10,298 nucleotides of DNA, from positions 1 through 10,298 of the forward strand of contig JAYTHU010000174.1 in the NCBI GenBank assembly GCA_043732305.1. Direction: 5' to 3'. Position numbers and translations under genes: made by a program. Of the stretch, positions 1 through 6,696 are shown piece by piece (the stretch's first letter is position 1; each line of letters opens with the position of its first letter). The notes beneath the pieces were generated by a model. That model ran no database searches and had not been told where the DNA came from. It saw nothing but the letters and a program-made list of their open reading frames with translations. Source of the stretch: Oligoflexia bacterium (GTDB taxonomy: Bacteria > Bdellovibrionota > Bdellovibrionia > JABDDW01).

Positions 1-1
1 C

Positions 2-1438
2 CTCAGCGCAATTCCTTTTGGCGGATACGTCAAAATGTTTGGCGATGACCCTTCAGCAAAAATTCCAATAGAAGAACAAAAATATTCGTTCAATCATCAG
101 CCCGTCCTACCACGAATTGCAGTGGTGCTTGCTGGTCCAATGATGAACGCACTATTTGCAGTTTTTCTTTTCAGCGTTATTGCAGGTGTTGGCGAAGAAG
201 CTATTCGTCCACAATTAGGTGATGTGGCTCCGCTGACAGCAGCCTACACAGCCGGTTTCAGAACAGATGACATTGTTGAAAAAGTAAATGGTGCCCACGT
301 CAAACGTTGGGAAGATTTGAAAAAAGGAATTGAAGACGGCAACGGAAAAAACGTTAGCTTTGATGTACTTCGAGGTTCCGAACATCTCACTTTGCAAGCC
401 ACACCCAGCGCTAGTGTTAACAAAAATGTTCTCAGCTCAAAATCAGTTGTTGGCGAGATTGAAGGACTGAACTATTTAAAAATCGGATCTGGAATTGGTG
501 TGACTAATTCCAATTCAATCGCAGGAAAAGCTGGTCTCAAAACTGGCGATATCATTAAAAAAATCAATGGCATCGAGATAGACACATGGGACGCACTTCC
601 CTCCAAACTCGTCTCTGGAGCAAAAGTAGAAGTTGAGCGCGGACTAGCTACGCCTCCTCAAACACTGACTTTGCAAATGCCCGCATTTAATAATTTTAAA
701 GATCTCGGCATTGAATCAAGTGAGCTTTATCTCTCAAGCATCCAACCCAAATCAGGTGCGGAAGTAGCTGGAATTCAGCCCGGAGATAAAATCATCAAGA
801 TCAACAACACTCCTATCGACCGGTGGGAAACTGTTGTTAAAAATGTTCAGGGTTTCAAATCCGCTGAAGAAAATTTAAAAGTTCAAGTCTTGCGCGATGG
901 AAAAGTCGTCAGTCTCACTGTGATTCCTCAAATGGTTACCCAAGCTGATCAAGCCGGCATGGAAAAGAAAAATTACGCATTAGGCGTAGTCACCGGTCTT
1001 GTTCTCACAAGCCCCGTGACCTTCACCGCAAAAGAAGCCACCGTTGGAGCAATGCTCGCTAAGGGTTTTGACGACACCGTTCGCTGGACATATCTCACCG
1101 CTTTAAGCTTTGTGAAACTCGTTCAAAGAAAAGTTTCTGCCAAGAGTATTGGCGGACCTTTGATGATTGGCAAACTTGCTAGCGAAACCTGGAAAATTGG
1201 AATTTCACCTTTCCTTAAAATCATGGCGATTATTTCGATCAATCTTTTTGTTCTCAATTTGCTTCCCGTACCCGTTTTAGATGGCGGACATCTTTTGTTT
1301 TTCACCATCGAATTGATCAAAGGATCACCTTTGAGTTTCCGCAAGCTCGAGATCATGCAGCAAGTAGGCATGGCTTTGCTTTTGGCACTCATGGTCTTCT
1401 CTATGTTCAATGATATAGTTCGCCTCTTTGCCTCGTGA
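2..1438 (+). CDS. rseP: RIP metalloprotease RseP (site-2 protease, M50B), 5'-truncated by the window edge, three PDZ domains
   Basis: The frame is open from position 2 and reads LSAIPFGGYVKMFG, the RseP 'IPLGGYVKM' motif, so ATG 35 is internal. Also has AGPMMN, three PDZ-like repeats (AGFRTDDIVEKVNG, AGLKTGDIIKKING, AGIQPGDKIIKINN), GGPLMI and the C-terminal NLLPVPVLDGGH zinc-ligand motif. The N-terminal HExxH lies outside the window. Confidence 0.96.
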   Translation, partial: LSAIPFGGYVKMFGDDPSAKIPIEEQKYSFNHQPVLPRIAVVLAGPMMNALFAVFLFSVIAGVGEEAIRPQLGDVAPLTAAYTAGFRTDDIVEKVNGAHVKRWEDLKKGIEDGNGKNVSFDVLRGSEHLTLQATPSASVNKNVLSSKSVVGEIEGLNYLKIGSGIGVTNSNSIAGKAGLKTGDIIKKINGIEIDTWDALPSKLVSGAKVEVERGLATPPQTLTLQMPAFNNFKDLGIESSELYLSSIQPKSGAEVAGIQPGDKIIKINNTPIDRWETVVKNVQGFKSAEENLKVQVLRDGKVVSLTVIPQMVTQADQAGMEKKNYALGVVTGLVLTSPVTFTAKEATVGAMLAKGFDDTVRWTYLTALSFVKLVQRKVSAKSIGGPLMIGKLASETWKIGISPFLKIMAIISINLFVLNLLPVPVLDGGHLLFFTIELIKGSPLSFRKLEIMQQVGMALLLALMVFSMFNDIVRLFAS

Positions 1439-2070
1439 TTGTTTTTGCAATCACGACGTCCACAGATCACGGAGGCCTTGCTCTTTTTGAGAAGGCCTCT
1501 ACTGATATCCCTGGCAAGTTTCTAGGTAAATTCATCGGTGAAAAACTTTGGACTCGCGAGAGCCAACCCAGTGAAAACTGCACTTTTGAACTCGCTCAAC
1601 TTCTCGAATCCAAAAATCTAAAAATCAAAGATATCTCTGATGTGCTACTTGATATCGGCCCTGGAAGTTTCACTGGTTGCCGCATTTCCGCGTCTATGGC
1701 GAAAACTTTGGGACAATCATTAAGCATTCCAATTCACACGATCACATCTCTCCAGCTGATCTATGCCCAAATGAAAAACTCGGGAGATAAATCTCCACTA
1801 GCACTTTTGGATGCACATAAATCTCTGTTTTATTATTGGAATGAAGAGATTCAAAAAGTTGAATTGCTAACGTTACCGGAAGTGCAAAATAAATCTGTCA
1901 CCCTTGAAATTCCATTTTCTGAAAAAGTTCTCAAAAACTTTCCTCGTCCCCGAACCATGGGCCAGCTATTTTTTGACGTCCCCTGGGCTTTTAAGACTTT
2001 AATCTGGACCGAAGTCGAGCCCCTCTATGTTCGAGTGCCGGATGCTGTTGAAAAACTTAGAAAAAACTGA
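1435..2070 (+). CDS. tsaB: tRNA threonylcarbamoyladenosine biosynthesis protein TsaB (YeaZ)
   Basis: N-terminal FAITTST (cf. LAIDTS), GPGSFTGCRI motif, LDA motif and C-terminal EPLYVR. GTG start overlaps the rseP stop (GTGA, 1435-1438). Confidence 0.92.
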   Translation: MIVFAITTSTDHGGLALFEKASTDIPGKFLGKFIGEKLWTRESQPSENCTFELAQLLESKNLKIKDISDVLLDIGPGSFTGCRISASMAKTLGQSLSIPIHTITSLQLIYAQMKNSGDKSPLALLDAHKSLFYYWNEEIQKVELLTLPEVQNKSVTLEIPFSEKVLKNFPRPRTMGQLFFDVPWAFKTLIWTEVEPLYVRVPDAVEKLRKN

Positions 2071-2080
2071 ATTCCCTACC

Positions 2081-2107
2081 TAAGTCTTTGCCCATGTCTG
2101 CCGATAA
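2081..2107 (+). promoter_or_regulatory. Putative sigma28 (FliA/SigD) promoter
   Basis: TAAG (2081-2084), 15 nt spacer, GCCGATAA (2100-2107) versus consensus TAAA-N15-GCCGATAA. The -10 octamer is perfect and the spacing exact. It lies in the only intergenic gap of the plus-strand cluster. Confidence 0.8.
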
Positions 2108-2141
2108 ATATTTTGTGAGATAAATATCTTTGGGGGACGAC

Positions 2142-3086
2142 TTGTTAGAAAACATCAGCAAACAACAAATTTGGGCCATCGGTGGTGGAAAGGGCGGCAT
2201 TGGAAAAAGCTTTATCATTTCCAATCTGGCCATCTCACTTGCCAAAATGGGCAAATCTGTTGTTATTGTTGATCTCGATTTGGGAAGCGCAAACCTCCAT
2301 ACTTGTCTCGGCTGCCCTATTCCAAAACTCACACTGTCTGATTTTCTCAGTGGTCGCACCACTAATATCTCTGAGCTGGTGGTCAAAACGCCCATTGCAG
2401 GATTATCCATGATCAGTGGTGCCAATGACTCGTTCCAAGTTGCAGACATCCAAGCTCACCAACATAAACTATTGCAGGGTTCTCTGAGAAAAATCCCCTG
2501 CGATTATCTTCTTTTGGATTTGGGAGCGGGAACTCACGAATCGACACTGGATTACTTCTTAATGGCTGATCGTCCCATCATCGCGCTCACTCCTGAGCCC
2601 ACTTCGATCGAAAATGCGTATCGCTTCATACGCAGCGCCTATTACAAGCACATAAAAGTTATTGAGAAATCCTTAGGGATCTATTCTCTCGTCAATCAAG
2701 TCATGGATCAGAAGAATCTTCTCGGAATCAAGACACCAGCGGATCTGGTTAAAAAAATCTCTGAAATGAATCCTGAGTTTGGCCAAGCTTTCAACGACAA
2801 GCTTGCCGCATTCAAGATTTACTTAGTGCTCAATCAGGTTAGAACAAAGAGTGATGCCGATGTAGGATTAGGCGTGAAAAGCATATGCAAAAAATATTTT
2901 GGAATAGATACTTACTTTAGTGGATATTTAAATTACGACAACGTTGTGTGGCAAGCCATTCGGCAATACAAACCGATTGTATTGGAGTATCCAAACAGCG
3001 AATTTGTGATAAAGTTCAACCAACTAGCAAAGACAATCGATGACAATGAAAGACTATCACGAACAAAATTATTACGAGTTGCTTGA
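2142..3086 (+). CDS. MinD/ParA-superfamily ATPase, FlhG/FleN-like
   Basis: Deviant Walker A GGGKGGIGKS, DLDLGSANLH, Walker B LLDLGAGT and TPEPTSIENAY, all typical of FlhG/FleN. The ORF track starts at TTG 2130; the in-frame TTG 2142 is preferred because it follows GGGGGA (2132-2137), the RBS type also seen before ATG 6725 and ATG 7288. Confidence 0.88.
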   Translation: MLENISKQQIWAIGGGKGGIGKSFIISNLAISLAKMGKSVVIVDLDLGSANLHTCLGCPIPKLTLSDFLSGRTTNISELVVKTPIAGLSMISGANDSFQVADIQAHQHKLLQGSLRKIPCDYLLLDLGAGTHESTLDYFLMADRPIIALTPEPTSIENAYRFIRSAYYKHIKVIEKSLGIYSLVNQVMDQKNLLGIKTPADLVKKISEMNPEFGQAFNDKLAAFKIYLVLNQVRTKSDADVGLGVKSICKKYFGIDTYFSGYLNYDNVVWQAIRQYKPIVLEYPNSEFVIKFNQLAKTIDDNERLSRTKLLRVA

Positions 3087-3789
3087 CGTCAAACGTGACG
3101 CCAGTCAAGAAGAGGTCATGCTTGCATACAAGCGTGCCCGAGCAACTTACGGCAGCAACTCAGCTGCTCTCTACTCGCTTTTTGATAAATCAGAAGCGGA
3201 GGAATTGCTGCGTCTCATCGACGAAGCCTATGCCGTTTTGAGCAATCAATTTAAAAGAAAAGAATATGACAGATCGAGCAACCCAATTCCTGAGGAAACC
3301 CAGATGCCACCTTCAAGTGCCACAGCCGCGGTAAACGTACAGTCAAATTCTGAAAAACCAATTCACAAACCTTTGACCGCCGCTGAAGAACAAAGGGAGT
3401 ACGAAAGAACCTTTACTCCCATTCAAGGTGTGCGCGGAGTATTGATTAAAAATAATCAAAATGCTAAAGCTCCCCCTGGGACTTCAAGATTTGGACGTTT
3501 TGAATTTAACGCTGATTTTGAAGGTGAAATAGAATCTGCTGAAACTTTTTCCGGACCTTTTCTACAAAAAATCCGTATTTATAAAAATATTACTCTCGAT
3601 CAGATCTGCGATGTTTCAAAAATCAGCCGTGCTTATTTAGCATCTATTGAATCAAATGATTACGCTTGCCTGCCCGCTCTTGTTTTCTTGCGCGGATTTC
3701 TCATGCAGCTTGCGAAAGTTTTAGATCTTGATCCCGTTAAAGTTTCAACTACCTACATAAAGATCATGAACGAAGGTAAGAAAAAATGA
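3040..3789 (+). CDS. J-like (DnaJ-fold) domain lacking HPD, low-complexity linker and RodZ-type (HTH_25/XRE) helix-turn-helix
   Basis: N-terminal NYYELLDV..ASQEEV..AYKR..IDEAYAVLSN..KRKEYD gives the J-domain helices. C-terminal GPFLQKIRIYKNITLDQICDVSKISRAYLASIESNDY..LP..VFLRGFL..LAKVLDLD matches the RodZ cytoplasmic HTH pattern. No transmembrane segment. Start is ATG 3040 or 3046. Confidence 0.85.
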   Translation: MTMKDYHEQNYYELLDVKRDASQEEVMLAYKRARATYGSNSAALYSLFDKSEAEELLRLIDEAYAVLSNQFKRKEYDRSSNPIPEETQMPPSSATAAVNVQSNSEKPIHKPLTAAEEQREYERTFTPIQGVRGVLIKNNQNAKAPPGTSRFGRFEFNADFEGEIESAETFSGPFLQKIRIYKNITLDQICDVSKISRAYLASIESNDYACLPALVFLRGFLMQLAKVLDLDPVKVSTTYIKIMNEGKKK

Positions 3790-4754
3790 GCTCTGCGGTA
3801 AAATTGTCAGTTCCCATCACTTCCGCAGGTGAGCGATTAGACACCTGGCTTGCCAGTCAAGCAGTGGTAGGTTCACGCACACAAGCCGCCAGACTTATAG
3901 AAAATAATCGAGTGAAAGTTTCTGGTATTGCACATCTCAAAGTGAAAGCAAGTTACCGTTTGCTTGGTGAAGAAACTATTGAAGTCGATATTCCTGAAGT
4001 TGTGGCTTCCGGAATCACCGCACAAGATATTCCCGTTGAAATCCTGTATCAAGATTATGATTTAGCAGTAGTGAATAAACCGGCTGGTCTGGTTGCTCAT
4101 CCCGCTGCCGGTCACGCCGATGGCACACTTGTTAATGCACTTCTCTTTCATATCAAGGATTTAAGTGACATTGGTGGCGTCGAGCGACCCGGTCTTGTTC
4201 ATCGATTAGATAAGGAAACTTCCGGCGTGTTGGTGGTGGCAAAAAATAACAAATCACACAAACACCTTTCCGAACTTTTCAAAGATCACAATATTCATCG
4301 AGTGTATTGGGCCGTGGTTGCGGGAGTACCAAGAGAATCTAAGAAAACGATCAGAACCTTACTTGCTCGTCATCCGGTTCACAGAAAAGCTTTTTCTTCG
4401 CAAGAAAAAGGTAAAGAAGCGATCACTCATTATGAAGTGATAAAAACTTATGGGAAGCAATTGAGTCTTTTGAAAGTCACTCTAGAAACTGGCCGTACAC
4501 ATCAGATTCGCGTCCACTTGAGTGAAATGGGTCACCCGGTGATGGGTGATAAACTCTATGGAGTCAGAAAACAAGGACGCTTTTTAACTCAGTCTGCAGT
4601 CAAAAAAGCCGTCTCCACATTGCACCGCCAGGCTTTGCATGCTTCAGAATTAGGTTTTGAGCATCCACGGACAAAACAAGAAATGATGTTTAAAACAGAT
4701 TGGCCTGAAGACATAAGAGATTTTATTTCCCAAATAGAGAAAATCAAACCCTAG
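3786..4754 (+). CDS. rluD: RluA-family 23S rRNA pseudouridine synthase with S4 domain (RluD-type)
   Basis: GERLD (S4 domain), VNKPAGL, GTLVNAL, RPGLVHRLDKETSG with the catalytic Asp, TGRTHQIRVH and RQALHA. Adjacent to pgeF as in the classic rluD-yfiH pair. ATGA overlap with the upstream stop. Confidence 0.93.
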   Translation: MSSAVKLSVPITSAGERLDTWLASQAVVGSRTQAARLIENNRVKVSGIAHLKVKASYRLLGEETIEVDIPEVVASGITAQDIPVEILYQDYDLAVVNKPAGLVAHPAAGHADGTLVNALLFHIKDLSDIGGVERPGLVHRLDKETSGVLVVAKNNKSHKHLSELFKDHNIHRVYWAVVAGVPRESKKTIRTLLARHPVHRKAFSSQEKGKEAITHYEVIKTYGKQLSLLKVTLETGRTHQIRVHLSEMGHPVMGDKLYGVRKQGRFLTQSAVKKAVSTLHRQALHASELGFEHPRTKQEMMFKTDWPEDIRDFISQIEKIKP

Positions 4755-5419
4755 TGTCCGAGTATTTTCTCAAATTCTTCGATAAATCAAAGACTCGCAA
4801 TGACCTTAAAGAAAAATACAAAAATCTCGGATTAAAATTTGTTTCTCTCAAACAAGTTCATGGCGATAAAATCTTAGTCGTTGATGAAACCAACGTCGAT
4901 TTGTTTGGATCTATTTCACCTGAAGCAGATGCCTGCATTTCCCGGTTGAGCCATCTAGTTTTGAGTGTTCACACCGCAGACTGCCAACCGATCTTAGCGC
5001 ATTGCGGAGACTGTTTTGGGGTTTGTCACGCAGGCTGGCGAGGACTTGTGAATGGAATTTTGGGTAAATTTATTTCTGCATTTGAATCTCAAGGCTGCGA
5101 TCTTTCACAAATGCGAATTCAAATGGGCGCGTCCATTTGTAATCAGCATTTTGAAGCCCACACTGATGTTGCTCAACAAATCGCTTCTAGCATTTCCATA
5201 CACTCGCAGGAGAAGATTCTCTTACCTCATACTGATTTAAATAAGTCATACGTTGATCTGAAAGAAGTCGCTCGAATACAATTGGAAGCGGCAGGGATCG
5301 CAACTTCTCAAATAGTAATCTCCACTGAATGCACACATTGCGAAACTGACAAGTTTTTTAGTTTTAGAAGAGATAAAGTGAAAGGTCAATCGAACGAAAG
5401 TATTATTCTAAAAAAGTAA
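4754..5419 (+). CDS. pgeF: Peptidoglycan editing factor PgeF / YfiH (laccase-domain purine nucleoside phosphorylase family)
   Basis: QVHG, ADA, TADCQPI, HAGWRG and CT..FFSFRR motifs. GTG start shares base 4754 with the rluD TAG stop. Confidence 0.93.
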   Translation: MSEYFLKFFDKSKTRNDLKEKYKNLGLKFVSLKQVHGDKILVVDETNVDLFGSISPEADACISRLSHLVLSVHTADCQPILAHCGDCFGVCHAGWRGLVNGILGKFISAFESQGCDLSQMRIQMGASICNQHFEAHTDVAQQIASSISIHSQEKILLPHTDLNKSYVDLKEVARIQLEAAGIATSQIVISTECTHCETDKFFSFRRDKVKGQSNESIILKK

Positions 5420-5990
5420 TACGTCCTTCGGTTTGTCGAGATGCGGCGGGCGGCGAATGATCCGGCCATCCGATGACAATTCCGCAAATCAATTCAAGGT
5501 CACCGATTTTATCTCGACCAATAAATTCATCCACTTCATCTTTGATTTCAAGCGGTGCCCCCATGGCACAGGTTCCAAGCCCGTGGGCTTGCGCCGTAAG
5601 TAAAATATTTTGAACAGCCATGTAGACACTTCCGACACTGGTGAGATGCTTTTCTTCAGGATCGTTTTTGCTGTAACAAAAAACTAAAACAGGAGCTTCA
5701 CCCAAAGTGTAGAAAAATCTTTCGGTGAATTCGTAAAGAGAAGGTTTGAGTTTCTTTTGTAAAACTGGCTTTATTCCCAACCAACTCTTTTGGCTGTACT
5801 TGAGATAAGCATCGCGCTTCGCTCCGGTTGCCACAAAGAATCTCCAGTTCTGCAGATTCTTTCCTGACGGCGCCCAGAAACCTTCGCCCAAAACTTTTAA
5901 TAAAAGTTCTTGAGGAACTTCATCTTTTTTAAATTTACGGATACTTCTGCGGTCATGAATAAGTTTGGATAAAGATTCTTGAGTGTTCAA
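5403..5990 (-). CDS. Nitroreductase-family FMN-binding oxidoreductase
   Basis: RRSIRKF, APSGKNLQNWRF, AVQNILLTAQAHGLGTC and IVIGWP are nitroreductase-fold motifs. TTG start overlaps the cobO stop (TTGA). Confidence 0.9.
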   Translation of the reverse strand: MNTQESLSKLIHDRRSIRKFKKDEVPQELLLKVLGEGFWAPSGKNLQNWRFFVATGAKRDAYLKYSQKSWLGIKPVLQKKLKPSLYEFTERFFYTLGEAPVLVFCYSKNDPEEKHLTSVGSVYMAVQNILLTAQAHGLGTCAMGAPLEIKDEVDEFIGRDKIGDLELICGIVIGWPDHSPPAASRQTEGRITFLE

Positions 5991-6535
5991 AATTCGATAC
6001 CTTTGCGTGCAGGTAAACCTTTATTAAAATAGTGTTTTATCATTTTCATTTCGCTCACCAAATCAGATTTGTCTTTTACTGATTCGGGCAAAGTTCTTCC
6101 CGTCAAAACCAGATCACATTTGCGTCCAGAGTTTTCATACACTTCGAGCAAATCTAAAACGTCTTTTTCCTTCAAAAGCTTAGTGAGGATGCACGAAAGA
6201 ATTTCATCGCAGATCACAAGATTGTTAGTCACATCCGAAACTGCTTTTTTAGCGAGTTCTAATCCGCGTTTTGCTTCTTCAAAATCGGGAGGGCTATTGG
6301 AAAATCGAAACTGACCCGTTGGCATCATCCTGATTTTGCCTGTGGGCTGGACTGAAACTGTGGGGAGAGTTCGCAAAACATTACGTTCAGAATAAAAATC
6401 TTCGGCTTCCGAACCCTTATCAAATTGAATGAAGGCGACTTTCAGGCCAGCCCCGGCGGCCCGAACAGTTAGCCCCACGGCTGCGGTTGTTTTGCCTTTT
6501 CCATCCCCTGTATAAACGTGTATTTGTCCCTGCAT
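5987..6535 (-). CDS. cobO: ATP:cob(I)alamin / cob(I)yrinic acid a,c-diamide adenosyltransferase, CobA/CobO/BtuR type
   Basis: HVYTGDGKGKTTAAVG P-loop, QFDKG, DEI, LTGR, DLVSEM..IKH and terminal KGIEF. Confidence 0.93.
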   Translation of the reverse strand: MQGQIHVYTGDGKGKTTAAVGLTVRAAGAGLKVAFIQFDKGSEAEDFYSERNVLRTLPTVSVQPTGKIRMMPTGQFRFSNSPPDFEEAKRGLELAKKAVSDVTNNLVICDEILSCILTKLLKEKDVLDLLEVYENSGRKCDLVLTGRTLPESVKDKSDLVSEMKMIKHYFNKGLPARKGIEF

Positions 6536-6542
6536 GCCTTAT

Positions 6543-6570
6543 AACTTAGCCCAAACCCCTAATAATTCAA
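6543..6570 (-). promoter_or_regulatory. Possible sigma70-type promoter giving a leaderless cobO transcript
   Basis: On the minus strand: TTGAAT (6570-6565), 16 nt, TAAGTT (6548-6543), 7 nt, ATG (6535). No properly spaced Shine-Dalgarno sequence. Confidence 0.45.
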
Positions 6571-6612
6571 GCCCATTTGGCTTTTGACACCCTTGTCACC
6601 ATGACAGAGGCT

Positions 6613-6629
6613 TGTCTAATCTTTAGACA
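6613..6629. promoter_or_regulatory. Inverted repeat TGTCTAA-N3-TTAGACA, candidate enhancer (UAS) for a sigma54 activator
   Basis: Perfect 7-bp arms with TGT..ACA ends, about 80-95 nt upstream of the predicted sigma54 start site. Confidence 0.6.
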
Positions 6630-6641
6630 GATTAGCTTACT

Positions 6642-6654
6642 TAAATTATTGAAA
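6642..6654. promoter_or_regulatory. IHF-like binding site
   Basis: TAAATTATTGAAA versus consensus YAANNNNTTGATW (one mismatch), lying between the inverted repeat and the -24/-12 element. Confidence 0.5.
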
Positions 6655-6680
6655 TTACTAGGGTTTGCTATTTGTTAGCT

Positions 6681-6696
6681 TGGCCCCCTCTTTGCT
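6681..6696 (+). promoter_or_regulatory. Putative sigma54 (RpoN) -24/-12 promoter
   Basis: TGGCCCCCTCTTTGCT has GG at 6682-6683 and GC at 6694-6695 with the exact spacing of TGGCACG-N4-TTGCW. Predicted +1 is about 6707, just before the GGGGG RBS (6710-6714). Confidence 0.72.

Noticed and set aside
35..37. ATG 35 as the rseP start
   Set aside because: The frame is open upstream and encodes the conserved IPFGGYVKM motif; the gene begins before the window.
215..2449. Alternative ORFs 215-397(-), 1123-1470(-), 2057-2449(-) and 2182-2412(+)
   Set aside because: They lie wholly or mostly over well-supported genes and show no motifs; shadow ORFs.
2142..3086. Naming the ATPase flhG, minD or parA
   Set aside because: No flhF, minCE or parB context, a large insertion and no clear membrane-targeting helix; orthology is unproven.
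3081..3087. prfB-like +1 frameshift site (GCT TGA C) fusing the ATPase and J-HTH
   Set aside because: The in-frame codon before TGA is GCT, not CTT, so the tRNA could not re-pair in the +1 frame. There is no upstream SD, and a shift here would skip the NYYE motif.
3040..3789. Naming the gene dnaJ or rodZ
   Set aside because: No HPD, G/F region or zinc finger for DnaJ; no TM or periplasmic domain for RodZ.
5403..5990. bluB call based on cobO adjacency
   Set aside because: The motifs are generic nitroreductase (RRSIR, APSGKN) rather than BluB-type (RRDVR, APSVG).
6613..6629. Inverted repeat as an intrinsic terminator
   Set aside because: It lies between divergent gene starts, has an AT-rich stem with a 3-nt loop and has no U-tract.
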